This document shows, one piece after another, positions 1 through 14,203 of a stretch of DNA of 64,000 bases. The notes beneath the pieces were generated by a model, which was given only the letters and a program-made list of their open reading frames with translations, made no database searches and was not told the DNA's origin. Source of the stretch: Camelus ferus. Taxonomy: Eukaryota. The stretch lies in assembly GCF_009834535.1 (NCBI RefSeq), contig NC_045696.1, positions 77,192,001-77,256,000 on the forward strand, in the 5' to 3' direction. The first letter of the stretch is position 1. Each line of letters opens with the position of its first letter. The translations under genes and the position numbers were made by a program.

Positions 1-1039
1 TTCAAACATTTTACTAGGGCCCCGCAAAGTCCTCCAAAATCTAGTTTGTGGCCACCTCTCTGATTTGTCACCACTCTGCACCTCACCAAGAGAGACTATC
101 TCTGGAGGCTGTCTTTTAGGAGTTTGGAACTGGAACAAGCAAAGTATAGACTTCTGACTAGTAAATACAGATACAGAAGCTGGACAGCTGGCCTGAGAAG
201 AGGAAAAATGTGGACAGGCACAGAAGGACCATTCAAATCCATAAAGAAGCTGCAAAAGTACCACCCCCACCTCAATAGCCTATGACCATGGAGAGCATAG
301 ATCTTTATCCATAACAAAGCAAAGATCTCAAGGTCCTACCTCTGAGGCAAAGGCAGTTCTCACAGAAGAAGGAGAAGGCAAACATATATTACCTAGATAA
401 TTAAAAAGTGATGGCTATGGTACTCTGTTTTCTGTTTTGACCTTTGTGTCTATAGATTCTCTTGTCCACTCTTGCCTTCACACCTGTCTCAGGTGTGCAG
501 ATGTGCCCTGGGGGGATCTTCTGTTAGCACAGCTCATTCATTTCAAGTGATAATGATCACTTACAAACTGGTCAGACTGCCCCCAAATCCATAAGAAATG
601 CCTTTTCATGATTATGGTAGTTGTTTGGAAGCAGTGCCAAGCTAGAGAAGATAAGGAATCTGTCCTTGAGGGGCTCACAAGATGGTGGACTGACAAGGAA
701 ACCCACAATCACAATCGGGGTGTAAAGGGCATGAAAAGAACTCTGTTCTGATCTCTAGGTGCCACTAACCTAATGGCAAAGCAAAGGAAGAAAAGTGAAC
801 AGGGGAACCAGATAGTTTACACGTGTACAGCAATGTAACACAATTATTGACACAAATAAACTGTTCCTGTGTTTTTGTTTTGTACTGGTTGGTTTGCTTT
901 TCATTTAAAGAAATAATGTTTGATTTCTGTCTAAAAGCATAAAGCTTAACTGTGTAGATAAATGGTACGCAAAATAAATAGTATTTGTATTATCGTTTTT
1001 TATTGTGTAAATATGTAAAGGTTTTTGGTTATAGGGTGT

Positions 1040-2400
1040 TTTAATGTCCTGTAATGTTGGTAAATAGTATTTCTATTAATTCTGTAACAGATATACATAA
1101 AAGTTGAATGTACAGCACAGAGAGCATTTTTTTCTGACCCATTTGAGATTAACTTGCCAGCCTTGCTGTATAACACTCCAGTACTTCATCCTACAAACAA
1201 GGACGGTCTTTAATAGCACTTAGTGGCATTCAGAAGTAGTATATTGTACTTTGTTCTATAATGAGCACATTCTCCTGAGTAACCGTAATATAACCATCAA
1301 AACCAGAAAGTTAATACTGATATATTTTACCATTTAATACTCAGGTCCTATTCCAATTTTGCCAATTTCCCTAATAATGTAATTTATGAATGACAAAGGA
1401 CTCTAGTTCAGAATCACTCATTGCCTTTGGTTGCCAGTCTCCTACAATCTGCAACAGTTCTTCAATCTTCCCTTGATTTCATGACTTTGACATTTTTGAG
1501 GATTAAAGTCTAGTTGTCTTGTGGAATAGCCCTCAGTTTGCAGTTGTCTGATGTTGCCTTATATTTAGAGTCAAGCTATTTCTCATCCGCAGGAGTGTTA
1601 CAGAAATGACGCTGTGTTTTTCTCATTGTATCCTAGCTGGTGGCATATGGTTTCAGATTGTCCCATTACGGATGATGTTCACTTGGATCACTTGTTTAGG
1701 GGGATGTCTGTCAGATGACTTAACTTTAGAGCTACTTATTTTTGAAGTTCATAAGTACTATTTAGGAAGTTACTTGGAATCTATGAAAATATCTCTTCCT
1801 TTTCAAACTTTTAATGCATTCATTCTTTATAACATATGGATTCACAGTTTCTGTTTTTGTTCAGTGGGTTATAATCCACTATTATCATTTATTTTGATGC
1901 TCAGATTGTCATATGATCAATTTGAGATCCTTTAAGCTAGCTGTTCTGTCCTTTTTCCATGTTCCATTGTTCTTTGAACACTTTCTTAACTTCTTAAAAT
2001 AAAAATACTTCCAGGTGTACTTTTCCTGTCCCAAACCTGGAATAAGCCACCTCTCCAGGGAGCTCTGGTTCTTTTGTCTATTTGATGCTTTTGTACGTAT
2101 CCAGTCTCCCATCACTGCTGTTACTCCCTCCCTTGAGCGGATGCTGTCCTTTCCCTGCTCAGGATCTGATTTTCCATTCCTGCATACTCACTTTCCCAAT
2201 TCCCTGGGATCACTCCTCACCCTCCGCAGACTCTGACATTGTTGGAATTCTCACTCCCCAAGCCATGCTGCCCTTTTGCAGTGACAGGATTCTCACTCTG
2301 CTTAGACCCTGCTCTGGACCATTGAGGCAACCTCTCTCTTCCCTCACTGCTGACATTGACCCTGCTTTATACACTGAATAGCTTTAAGATTTAAATGCTC
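1040..2400 (-). mobile_element. Ancient LINE-1 3' UTR fragment (L1MC4/L1MC5-like)
   Basis: Motifs recalled from L1MC4/5 3' ends in antisense, e.g. acattctcctgagtaaccgtaatataaccatcaaaaccagaaag, catgactttgacatttttgaggatt, cccaaacctggaataagccacctctccagggagctctggttctttt. Boundaries approximate. Confidence 0.7.
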
Positions 2401-3149
2401 AGAACAGGAAGACAGCCATACTGTATTTTTTACTGGTCAATGAGAACTTTGTGGGCCTTTTAGGAGAAGAAAATGCTCTGCTGGCACAGTATAAGGGTAA
2501 CAGAATGGAAGACAGGAGTCTTATTCTCAAGGAGCTTTTCAGGGTAATTGGAGAGACAAGACGACTCATTTTATCTTTAGAATATTCTGTAAGGGAGAGA
2601 TTAGCATCCTTATCTGAGCACAGCTATTAAGAATATGAACTTATTTTCTTTGAGGGGATAATTTCTTAGCAGTTTTGGAATACTATAAATGGAACTGAAG
2701 AGAAAAAGCTAATGTTAAAAATTGAGATGCTAAGCGAATTCTCGAAAGTCACAATGACAAATCACACTTCTTTTTCTCTGACTTTTTCCCTGTTCAGAAT
2801 GAGTGAATAGCATAGATGAGATCCTTTAGGGAAATAAAATCATATTAATTTACATCATTAAAATGCTACTGGGAACCCAACAAACCAAGAAAATAACCAC
2901 AATCTTCTAGCATGATAATTCCATAAACAGGCCAAGTGTTTTCAATTTTCAAATAAACTATCAGACCGTGTTGGTGCCTTTCTTTGGCATATTAGAGAAT
3001 TTTTTTTTCTGATTATGAATGTTAAGGACTCGATATAGCATCTAAAATAAATCTCATGTATTTATAATTCAAATGGGCATGAGGAGAGGTAGAAAGATAC
3101 ATAAGTATAAAGCTAACCTGTCAGGTAAGGAAGACAGCAAGCTGTGATC

Positions 3150-3700
3150 ATGGTAATCAGGTTTGTTCTGTTGCCTGTGACCAAAAAGCTACCTGAAAGC
3201 TCTTAGGTAAACTGAGGGATGTATTGACTTACATAACCAAGAATTACAGAAGCCTAAGTGGAAATGACTGAAAGCAGAACTCTCGTGTCACTAGGGCTTT
3301 TTTTCTCTTCCTTCCATTTCTGGTCTCTGTGCATTCCCTTAATGCTTTCCTACCACTGACCACTTTTCAACATGTGACTATGGAGGGGCCACTGAAAGAT
3401 CTAGGTTCAGAGTTTGCAGCTTCATTACCAGAGGAGAGGATTTAACCATCAGCAATGCTTGGAAAAAGTTCAGAGAAAGAACTCTAGTTGAGTGGAAATA
3501 TATCACACATTGCTTAGTCCAATTTTTTGTGGCACAGGGTTGGAGGATACCATGTATATCCAAGCTGGGATATGTGCCCCTCTCTAGGGTGTGAGTAATA
3601 CAAAATGTCATTAATTGAAGCCCCTGTTAGAATCAATGATTAATGTGTGAGTGAAGTAGTTCCCCGTAGAAAGGGAGGATAGCATGGATGCTGGGGAATT
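3150..3700 (-). mobile_element. Old MaLR LTR (MLT1J/K/L-like), degenerate
   Basis: gttgcctgtgaccaaaaagctacc...gggatgtattgacttacataacc resembles the antisense 3' end of old MLT1 LTRs. Confidence 0.5.
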
Positions 3701-4924
3701 ACTGTGAGCCAGGAATCCATGCCAATGCATATTTACTATAATTTCTAAATGGGCTGTCATGGACTCAGTCTGAACAAAGATAATATAACCTAGTAAGAAA
3801 CATCATCATTTTGGATCTCCAGGTAGCACAGATACTCAGCTGTTTAGGGAGTGAATTCACAGCACTTGGTGACTAGTCTGTCTGGAATACTTGTCCAGGT
3901 AGCAGCTGGGGACATGAGTCAGCATACTGTATACTCCCTTAATGTAGATGTATAATGATGAAAAGTTCCAGATAGGAAAAATATTTGAGATACAAGAAGT
4001 CTGTCAACTCTAATTAAGCGATAAAGTGGACAGGGATAGGAAACATAGGAACAAGGGCATACAATATCTAATGAGATGATAGTAATATGCTGTTAGCACC
4101 CGATGGGAAGGAATTAAACTATAAAAACTATATAAAAAAAAAAGGTAAAATTGGAAAGTACAACTCAACAGTGAAGGAAGTTAGCATCAGCCTGTGTGGG
4201 GTGTCAAATTCAAACTGGATAGGAGAATTAAGCAATGGTGTGTCTTGAATCCAGGAGAGACTAATTAACTCGAGGGACCTCACTATGTCAATGTTTGCAG
4301 TGAGAAAAGTCACTTGGTTTCAGTTTTCTGCCCATGTCCAAACCTTTAGTCAATGTGTAAAATTTAGCAGCTGATATGGTAATTTTAACATGTTTGGGAA
4401 AATAAAATTATTTCTTGGTGAGCTCTTTTTCACCTTGGAAAGTTTCAGACTTATGTTTAGAGATAAGCAAGTCTATTAAGTTCACTTTCTACAAATCTTC
4501 TGTTAAGTTTAGAAAAAATATAGGTATAATTGTTATATATCATATTTTAAATATTTAACATACTTTGACATATTATACAACAGAATAATCTTATGATTCC
4601 AATTAAAATATACAATTGAGTAAGTGATTTTTACTGTTATAAGTTTTAAATAGAAATGTAAAATACAATTTGTATATGTTTGTAAACATTAGGAAAAATT
4701 AAAATAATAAGATTTGCTAGAGAAACTTAAGTAATGGCAAACATTTTGCTTACTAAGGGTATTTGAATTTGGTAAAGGAAAAAAAAAAGCCCTAAATATA
4801 AATGCACTTTTACAAGATTAAAGAAATTCAATTCAACAAGCAATAAAAATCTTAAAAGTGATTTTTAGAATTTATTAGAATAAAATAAAATAACAGTTTG
4901 TAAATTAAACTTAAAAGCTTAAGG

Positions 4925-7790
4925 AGAGACTTCTGATTCTAGGAAGATAGACATAATTCCCCCTATTCTTCTCACTAATTACAATGAAAATCCTATATTT
5001 TAATACTTAAACATCAGAAGACTCTGAAAGGTAGAAAGAGGTAAGCATACTGGCTAGAGACCTTGGGACCTGAGAAATGACCCTGTGGTTAGTTCCCTGG
5101 GTTTTCTTTCTGCCTCATAGATACTTGTAGATAAAGAAACTGGCAACCTGGAAAGGCTGACAGTTATGGACAAAAAAGTCCTCCTCAAAGCCTGTTCTAT
5201 CTAGCCAAAGGATCAGGAAGGGGGGTGTCTAACAAGACAGAAAACTTTTAAACAACAACCACTTTACTACATCCAAATACCATAGGAAAAATGTTGCCTC
5301 ACTTCTGCCTTCACCATCAAAGGCAAGTGGAACATCTAGGCTTCCACACTTGCCAGGCTGTACCGAGGTGCCCTGATCCCCCTCCCGGCATATGTGTTAG
5401 AGAGGGCCCAGCGGGAAGCTTACTCCTGATGAGTGCCCTTCCCCTCCCCGACCACGTAAGTGGAAGCAAACTGGGGATCCTTGACTCGCACCTCACCTGG
5501 TGGTGATGAGGCACCTCCACACCTCTGGCTGTGGTGGGGTCAGAGGAGACTAACAGGAGTCAGGGCTCTCAAGATTGCCTAGCACTGATGAGGCCACCCC
5601 CATGAGGCATCAGTGGGGACCACATGGGGAGCCAGAACTGTCCATCCATTCCAGCAGTAACAAGGAATCTCCTCCCCAAGCAGGGAAATCTGGACTTCTA
5701 CTTCCACCTGGTAGTACTGAGGCAGCACCCCTCCTTCATGACAAAGCGGTGTCAAAAAAGCCAGCTAGAACAGAAGGTTTCCATAAGATCCAGCATTCTA
5801 TAACTGAGTCCAAAAATGTCCAGGTTTTAATTTTTAAAATTTGCTTATCATCCCAAGAAAACAAAAATCTCAAAATGAATGAGAAAAAGGCAACTTAATA
5901 GATGCCAGAACCCAGATGGCAGAGATGTTGGAATTATTTAACAAGGATCCCAAAGCAGCCATGATAAAGTTGCATCAATAAACAATTACAAAAAGCTTAA
6001 AACAAATTGAAAAATACCAAACCTGAGCAACAAAATAGAAGATATAAAGCATAACCAAAAGGAGAATTTAGAACAGAAAAATATAATAAGCAAAATATAA
6101 AGCTGAGTAAATGATGTCAACAGCAGAATGAGGAGGAGAGAGAAAGAATCAGCAAATTCTGAGACAGAACAACAGAAATCGCTCAGTCTGAAAAACGGAG
6201 AGGAAGTAGGTAAAAAGTAAATGAAGAGATACAGAGACCTGATGGACTGTAACAACAGAACTATACATAGTGCAGGGCTGAAAATGTAATCAAAGAAATA
6301 ATGGCTGAAAGCTTTTCCAAATTTGTGAAAGGAGAATTAAAAAACTTATAAATTTAAGAAGCTGACAAACCTAAAACAGAATAAATTCAAACAAATCCAG
6401 GCCAAGACAAATAGTAATTAAAATTCTGAAAAGTGAAGACAAAGAAAAATCTATAAAGCAGCCAGAAAGGGGAAAAAAAAAAAAAACCTTACATACAGTG
6501 GAAAAAAATTCAGAAGACTGAATTTCTCATCTGAAACCACTGAAGTTAGACTGAACTGGCACAAAATGTTTTACGTGCTTGAAGAAAAGAATCGCCAATA
6601 CAGAGTTTTATAGCTGGAGAAAATTTCCTTCCGCAATGAAGGGAAATCAGAAAACTGTTTCAAATGAAGGAAGACAAATAGAATTTGTTTCTAGTAGACC
6701 TACCCTAATAAAGGGCTAAAGGAAGTTTATAAACAAAAAGGAAACTATAAAAGAAAGAACCTTGGAACATCAGGAAGAAAGGGAAGGTTAGGCAAAATTA
6801 TGGGTAAATGAGAATAGATGTTCCTTCTTATCTTGAGAGTACCAAAGTAGTGTTTGACCTTTGAGGAAAATTTGTAACACCGACTGATGTGGTCCTAAAC
6901 ATATCTAGAGGAAATATTTAAGAAAATCATATTCCAAATAGATGAGAGTAAATCATCATAGGGAGGTAATTTTTGTATATTAGGTCAAACTAGTAAAATT
7001 TTAAGAATTAGACTGTGGTAAGTTGTGTATATATAGTGTAATACAGTAACCACCAAAAATGGAATACAAAGAGACACTCAAAAACACTCAAGATAAGTGA
7101 AAATGGAATTTTAAAAATAAGTTCAAATAAACCATTGGAGGGTAGGAAAAAGAAAACAGAAACATAGTGAAGAAACAGAAAATAAAAATACCTTGGCAGA
7201 TTTGAACTGACTATATGCTGTCTATAAGAAATTCAGTTCCAATATATCAATATAGGCAGTTAAAAAGTAAAAATTTAGAACTACATATATCATAAAAACC
7301 AAACAGAGATAGTCAATATGGCAGGGTTGGTATTCTGGAAAAATTAATATCAAAATGAAACAAGGGATATACTACAGAACCTACAGATTTTGAAAAGTTA
7401 ATAAGGGGATACTATCAAAAATTTTATACCATATATTTGACAAGGTAGATGAAATGGACCACTTGCTGCAAAACACAAACTACCACAATTCAGCTGGTGT
7501 GAAATAATTTGCATATCTCTATAACTGTTTAGGACATTAACAAATAGAATCCAACAATGTAAAAAAGAATTTAACACCATGACAAAGTGGGCTTTATTCC
7601 AAGGATGCAAGGATGGTTCAGTATGCAAAAAATAATCAGTGTAATCTACTTTGTTAACCAGCTAAAGAAGAAAAATCACATAATCATATCAATTTATTCA
7701 GAAGAACATTTGCACAATTCAACCGTCATTCATAATAAAAACTATCAGTGCACTAAATACAGAGGTGGACTTCCTCATCTTGATAAAGAA
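4925..7790 (+). mobile_element. LINE-1 (L1MC-type): 5' UTR, ORF1 remnant and internally deleted ORF2 N-terminal/RT remnants
   Basis: A-rich ORF1-like sequence ~5900-6760 (ataatggctgaaagcttttccaaatttg). Endonuclease motif at ~7208 (actatatgctgtctataagaa). ORF 7587-7883 reads [35 protein letters not shown], matching the L1 RT motif [23 protein letters not shown]. Many stops and frameshifts. Confidence 0.9.
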
Positions 7791-8016
7791 ATACGACTGC
7801 ACTTAGAGATGGAAACATGTCAACACCATGCCCCTCCCATTGCTCTTAGGATAAATTTCAAATTGCCTGATTTGGCCAGCTAGGCATGGCATGAGCAGGT
7901 CTGTCTCACCAGCCTCCTCAGGGGTGGCTCTTATCTTCTGCCAGGCTGACCACTATCTTTTATTCCCTCTAATAGAGCCTTCTCCTCTCCTCAAGGCCTT
8001 TGTAATGGCAAAATTA

Positions 8017-8309
8017 TAGAGGTAATTAAGTTCAAATGAAGTCATCAGGATGGGCCCTGTTCCAGTATGACTGACATTCTTGTGCAAAGAAGAGATTAGG
8101 ACACAGACACATACAGAGTGAAGACTACATGAAGACACAGGGAGAAGATGGCCATGCACAAGCCAAGGAGAGAAGTTTCAGAAGAAACCAGCCCTGCTGA
8201 CACTTTCAGCTTGTACTTCTAGACTCCAGAGCTGTAAGGAAATTAATTTCTGGGTTTAAGTCTTCCAGTCTGTGGTATGTTGCTATGAGAGCCCTAGCGA
8301 ACTAATGCA
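8017..8309 (+). mobile_element. MaLR LTR MLT1B-like, 5'-truncated
   Basis: gaggtaattaagttcaaatgaagtcatcaggatgggccct...agccaaggagagaagtttcagaagaaaccagccctgctgacac...gccctagcgaactaatgca, the typical MLT1A/B body and 3' end. Confidence 0.85.
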
Positions 8310-9084
8310 ACACTCAAAACTCAATAGCAAAGAAGCCAAACAATTGCATGGTAACATGGGCAACTAGTAGTCAACGTCAGAAGCCGTTAAGGAAATATTA
8401 ATTGAAACTCCAATGAGATACTGCTACACATCTATCAGAATGCTAGAATTAAAAGTACTGACAGTGCCACATGCTGACACAGATGAGAACAACTTGATCA
8501 CTCATACATTGCTGGAATGTAAAATAGTATGGCCATTGTGGGAAACTGTTTTTTTTGCTTCCTTGATAAACTAAACATGTAACTATCATAAAACCCAGTA
8601 GTGCACTGCTGAGCATTTATTCCAGAGAAATGAAGAATTATGTTCACACGAAAAGCCTGTACACAAAGTTTGTAGAAGCTTTATTCATAACAGCCAAAAA
8701 TTAGATAGAATCCAATTGCCCTTCAACTCATAAATGTTAAAATAGTGTTACATTCATACAATGAAATACTACTCAGCAATAAAAAGCAACTATTGATACA
8801 TGCAACAATGTGAATGAATTCCTGGGGGTGGGGGGGAAGCCTATCTCAAAAGGTTATACATGCTATGATTCCATTATGTAATATTCTTGAAATGACATTA
8901 TAGAGATGGAGAAGATAACAGTGGTTGCCAGGGTTACGTAGGTGAAGGTGGAAGAGTGGGGAGTATAGTTGTAAAAGAGATCCTCGTGGTGATGAAAATG
9001 TCCTGTGTCTTGATGTATCGATGCCAGTGTCCTGGCTGAGATATTCTATCATTGTTTGGAAGACATTAACATCGAGAAAAACTA
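8310..9084 (+). mobile_element. LINE-1 ORF2 C-terminus and 3' UTR (L1MC1-3-like)
   Basis: aatgaaatactactcagcaataaaaagcaac, tctcaaaaggttatacatgctatgattccatt, ggtgatgaaaatgtcctgtgtcttga. The sequence stops before any poly(A) tail. Confidence 0.85.
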
Positions 9085-9221
9085 CCTTTTCTACCTTACG
9101 GGCCTTTTTTTCTTTCGTTTTGAGACACTTGCAGATTTACGATTAGGGCATTCTCTCTACTGTAATAGTCTTTTGGATAAAGTCTCTCCTTATCTAGGTG
9201 CCTGTTTGCTTTTACTTGACA
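9085..9221 (+). mobile_element. 3' fragment of an ERV1-type LTR
   Basis: ctctctactgtaatagtcttttggataaagtctctccttat...ttgaca resembles an LTR R/U5 with a degenerate poly(A) signal and terminal TGACA. Confidence 0.55.
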
Positions 9222-12200
9222 GCCATTTTGATGGTGGAAAGTTCTTAGTTTCAGAAAGACAGAAGAAACAGCTCAGATAATATTCTGACATGACATTTAA
9301 ATTGGGAAAATTTGATAGGGAAATTATTTGACCAGTCTACCTCTTATTTACTTAAAATAATCATCTGGCCCCAAGTATTTAAAGTTATCATCTGGTCCCA
9401 ATTAAAGTAATCAAATTATGGAGGACCAAGAGAAGGAAACCATTTGAAATTTTGGCAGGTTCTGACAAACTATCAAACTGGAAACAGAACCGTAAGCCAA
9501 GTTTTATATATTGTAGTTTAGTGGGCACATTGTCATATCCACTGCATTCTAATTCTTGATCTCAACTGTCATTCCAAATTAATTTCCAGATATTTTCTTT
9601 GCATTGGTCAGGATTGGCTGGGAGTCAGATTAGGCTTCACCTGTAGGGAAAAAGCTTCAATGTCTATATTCGAGCCAGCTGGTAAGTTAAGAAACAGACA
9701 ACTAAAAGATGCTAAATTTTAGCAAGAAAGTAATTTATGAAAATGCGCATACTGGTCATTTCACATATACAGTCTTCAATCAATCAATATCAGCAGATTG
9801 ATTATAAGAAGTACACCAATTTGTCACCTCTAGGGGGATCGCAGTTGTGAAATCATGTGAAATGTCATCAAGCCTCTGAAAGTTGGTGAAAATTCCTGTG
9901 GACACAGGCAGACTATGGGGAGTCTCTGTCTACGTTCCTATTTTTGGTAAGAACCTGGCAGGTTCCAGGATGCCATATGAAGGAAACTGTGTTCACTGAA
10001 TAGAGATCAGTTTCCATCTTGGCCTACTTAAATTTCAAGGAACCCAGAAATGTTTCCAGGCTCACATTCTACTCAACAAGCTGATCTGGTTCAGGTCAAC
10101 ATTTCTAATAACCAAATCAAAGTAGCTTGCTCTCTAAATTCTTCTGCACTTTACTAAATCCTTCCTCCAATGATTTCTTTCCTACACTTCTTTCTCTCTT
10201 CATTGGGCACAGATAAAGTGTTACTATTGCATGCAGGCCTCCAGAGTGCAGGTCACCCAGAAGTTCACATCATGATGTATTGCAATTACTTGTTTTCCTC
10301 AACAGTCAGGAGTTCTCAGAGACCCAACAACTGTGTTGTCCTGAGTACTTTGTAGGTAAATTAATGTTTCATGAGTGAATGACTGGGGAGTGAGTGTAGG
10401 GAAACAGAAGGTACATTCGGGAATCTGGAGGCTGAACCTCTGTGTATTCATTACTCTACCACTTAGCCCTAGCTCATGCAGGGTCTTTGGCATCTCATTT
10501 CTGATTTATTGGTTGAACTAGTTATTTGTTTCATTGTATTTATACTTTTTAATTCTTAGGTGTTACGAAATTAATACATGAATACTTTCTTCTATATAAG
10601 TTGGTGAATAATACTAATTGGTATGAATGAATAATAATAATAATATTAATAATTGATTTCTAAACCTAAATCATCCTTTGACATCCCCTCCTCCATCAAA
10701 AATACTTTTATTCTTTCGCTGGAAGCTTGAAAGTAACAGTAACACTATTATTTGTTTCATATGCATACTTTTAGAGGGTTTAAAGTATATTTATTTAGGG
10801 ATATATGAGAGAGAGAAAAAAGGGAAGGAGACATAAGAACATATTGCTGATACCATCTTATATGTAGTAATGTTTTGAGTCTTGTTACTGTCATTATTTC
10901 ACTTAGAATGCTAATGTTTTATAGATTTTGCTGCAATTTGCTATTTTTAATCAACAGTATTTTTGGAATTTTCTCATTTGTGGCTCCGTTAGTTCCATGA
11001 TATCTGATTTTACCCATAACTTGTCTCTCGATGGATTCCTGTCATCTCTATGTTTCCAGAAACAGCTCCTGTCTCAGACTTGACTCAAGGCTACAGCCTT
11101 AGGCCCCAGTGACCTTGATTCGCTTCCTGTTTACACTACCCCTCCAGTAGACTTTGCACGCCTTCTTCAATAATACAAGATGTTTTGCAGGGTGTATGTT
11201 GTATTCTTCTTTGGTATTATAAATATATAATGAGAAAATGAATGCCCTTCTAGGGGATTAAATGTCAGGACCTTTAGAGTATTCATGCACTAAAACAACT
11301 GCTGAGATATAATGTCTCTACCATTTTTCTCCCTTTGATTATATCCAACTGAAAATTCTCATGAAATCTTCTTATGTAACTTTATAAAATAGATGAGATT
11401 TTCAGAGAAACTCGTTTTCACATGTGTAGCATTCACTTGGTGCTGAGAAATGTCATAACAAGAATGGGAAGCGTTTTTACTTTAAATTGACAGTTTTGCC
11501 TTTCTACAGTTAGCGCTTAAGGTAGTTTTTTTTTTAGTTATCATGTTTTCAAGTAAGAAAGGAAAAAAAATTAAGATAGTTTGCTATTTTAAATATTGTG
11601 AATGAAATTTATATCAAGCATCCTTTTAGATATTAGAACACTCTGATCAATTATTTAAAAGGGAGTTATTAATTTCAAAGGTCAGAACATTCCAATAAGC
11701 TTGGCATTTCTAGACTATATTAGAAAAATAAAATTGGAAAAATAGGAGCATGTGAAATAAATTTTCAAATAGGCAGCTTTTCAAAAGATAGATTAATATA
11801 AATTAATTTGTTAATATGAAATATAAAATTAGAAGGACATCGGTAAATTTTTGTGCACCAGGAAATTAAACCAAAATGGCTAACATTTCATTGTCTAGTT
11901 GAGGTTCTAAACCAATGCTATTCAAAATTGCTTATTTATTCTTATTACACAAATATTTTAGCATTCTATTTTTGAGATCTACTTGACTGTCTTTAAGTAT
12001 TATGATATGACAGTGGCTTGCACAGGGTCTGCCACAGACCAGACACTTGTATGAAAAGACTTCACTGAGAGTCCCCTTCTGTCCACAAAATATCTTTTGC
12101 AAATGTTCCATGAAGTCTAATGATCTCCTCATTAGCAACATGCTTTAAAGGTAAAGCCTAGTCTCCAGAGGACTGCTGTGGGAGATGTTTCCCTGTGCAG

Positions 12201-13187
12201 AGAAGCAAGGGCTGTTGTACATTTACATGTATGATTATAGGTCAGATTCATCTTAGCTGCACCTTTGGAAAGTAGTCTTGGTCCTGAGAAGATGGAATAA
12301 CAAGTTGGCAAGTTTTATTGGCAGGAAGGCAGGAGGCATTTGACATGGTGCTTGGCTCTTGGAGGATGGGCTCAGCATGATTGCTCCATGGGCCTGGAGA
12401 ACACCAGATGCCTGGAACTGGGCTTCAATGTGTTTGTGTCAGCATGTCTAACTGTGGGGCACCTAGAGGTCATGACATAAGTGGGGCCTTGGAGGCATGA
12501 AAATCCATTTCATTGTCATACTTTGTCCTTGGCTTGACACTGGGTTGCACACTAAATGTTTTCAAAGGAAAATGGAGTATTAACTTCAGCCTAGTGCTGG
12601 GACACAGCAAGGAAAGTAGATGCAGAGGGATGGCATAAATGGATTCAAAGTTATCTTCTAAGATACGGGGTGAAAACAGCTATCACAGTGACCTCAAATG
12701 CATTTTTAAAAATTGAAGCATTTAATTGAATGCTTGAACTTAGGCATTTAAGCTTTAAATTTTTATGGAGACACAAAAAAGCTAGGATAGTAATATTTGA
12801 TTTTTTGAGTAGTAAAAATCATCTGTAATCATTGGTTGATTTTTTTATGCATTTTCCTACTTCTACAAAATCAATGCCAGCTGGCAAACATTTGTTACAA
12901 CCTATTTGCAAATTTATTGCTGGAATTGCACAAATTTGCAAAAGTTGAAAATGATTTTTAATAAAACCATTCATTCAGTTAAAATGTAGAAAATAAAATT
13001 AGGTTAATAAAATAGCATTAGGTTTAATTTAAACTTTTATAATTTTCTTTAAATCACTTTAACTTGTGAACGCAAATGTAATTTTTAATTATTTCAGAGT
13101 CTAGAGATTATAATCACCATGGAGGCAGTAGATTCTCTTAAATTATTTTTAGAATTCCTTTTTTATAACGTAATATATATGCAAAAG

Positions 13188-14203
13188 TGTTAACGAAAGA
13201 TTGGCCCCATCCCTGACAAGCCAAATAACCCAGAGACAAGGAGCTTAGAAGAAAAGAGGCAAAGGGGACTCACAGCAGGCTAGTGCCTTCAAAACTGTGA
13301 GCCTACCTTGGGGATGGGGTGGGGTGGTTATATAGCCATAGGTCAAACAATAAAGCATTGATAATAACTGTCGACTAAAATATATGCGCAGCCTAAAAGT
13401 GGAGAATTATGTTTTACTTGGCGAAAGGACTTCAGCCGGGATGACAGCCTCTCAGATGCTAGGAGGGACTGCTCTGAAGAGGTAGGGGAGAAGCCAGGAT
13501 ATGTATGAGCTTTACGACAAAGACCAGGTAGTTGGAACAATAAAAGATTGCTTGTTATCTAAAGAAAACCAGGCATCTCAAGTTAAAGAATTGAGTGCTT
13601 TTCTATGTATGGGAGGAAGCAAACATTTGGGCTCACTGAATTCATTCCTTTGACAAGCACCTAGCTATCTAGGGCCAGTATCCTGTCCTTTCTCATTCTG
13701 AGTCCTTTGAGGCTGCACCATTGTGAGTGGCTGCAGGGGCTGGGCTGCAGGCTTGTCTTCACTGTAGGGGTGGCAATTTGAGAGTTTCAGCATTCTTTGT
13801 TTACTGATACGGTTTGCAGTATTTTCGTTCACACAATCAACAGAATCATTTTCTCATCAGAAGACAGAATGGCATCATGATGCCTTCAGGCAACCAGTTC
13901 TATAGAGGCTAGCGGTTAGATCTCTTTATCTCATAAGCACTCAAGGTGTGGTCTCTTGGTAATTCAGGATATTTTGTAAGGTTATAGTCCTGTGACCTTC
14001 TCCTTGGAGAAGGACTCAGAGACCAAGCATGATTATTACTTTCAATTACTTGAATAAAGTAGAAATAGTAAGATCAATAGCTTTAGTTTTAACAATGGGC
14101 CTGGAACTGTGAGTAGCAAGCAGTCAGTCAGGTCAGTTGAGGGCAAGCATAAGAATAAGCAATCTGTTAGCCTAAATGTGGCCATTTTATTAATCCTCCT
14201 TCA
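13188..14203 (-). mobile_element. ERV1-type solo LTR, family A copy 1 (interrupted by LTR B1)
   Basis: TG...CA termini; 4-bp TSD AAAG (13184-13187 and 14204-14207). Once 13369-13833 is removed, it is the reverse complement of 17242-17817. Confidence 0.92.
13369..13833 (-). mobile_element. ERV1-type solo LTR, family B copy 1 (nested in LTR A1)
   Basis: tgtcgac...ttcaca termini; collinear with 21050-21545; absent from the uninterrupted A2 copy. The TSD is not clean (left TAAC, right CAAT). Confidence 0.9.

Noticed and set aside
7587..7883. 98-aa ORF with a reverse-transcriptase motif
   Set aside because: A decayed L1 ORF2 fragment running into unrelated sequence; not a functional gene.
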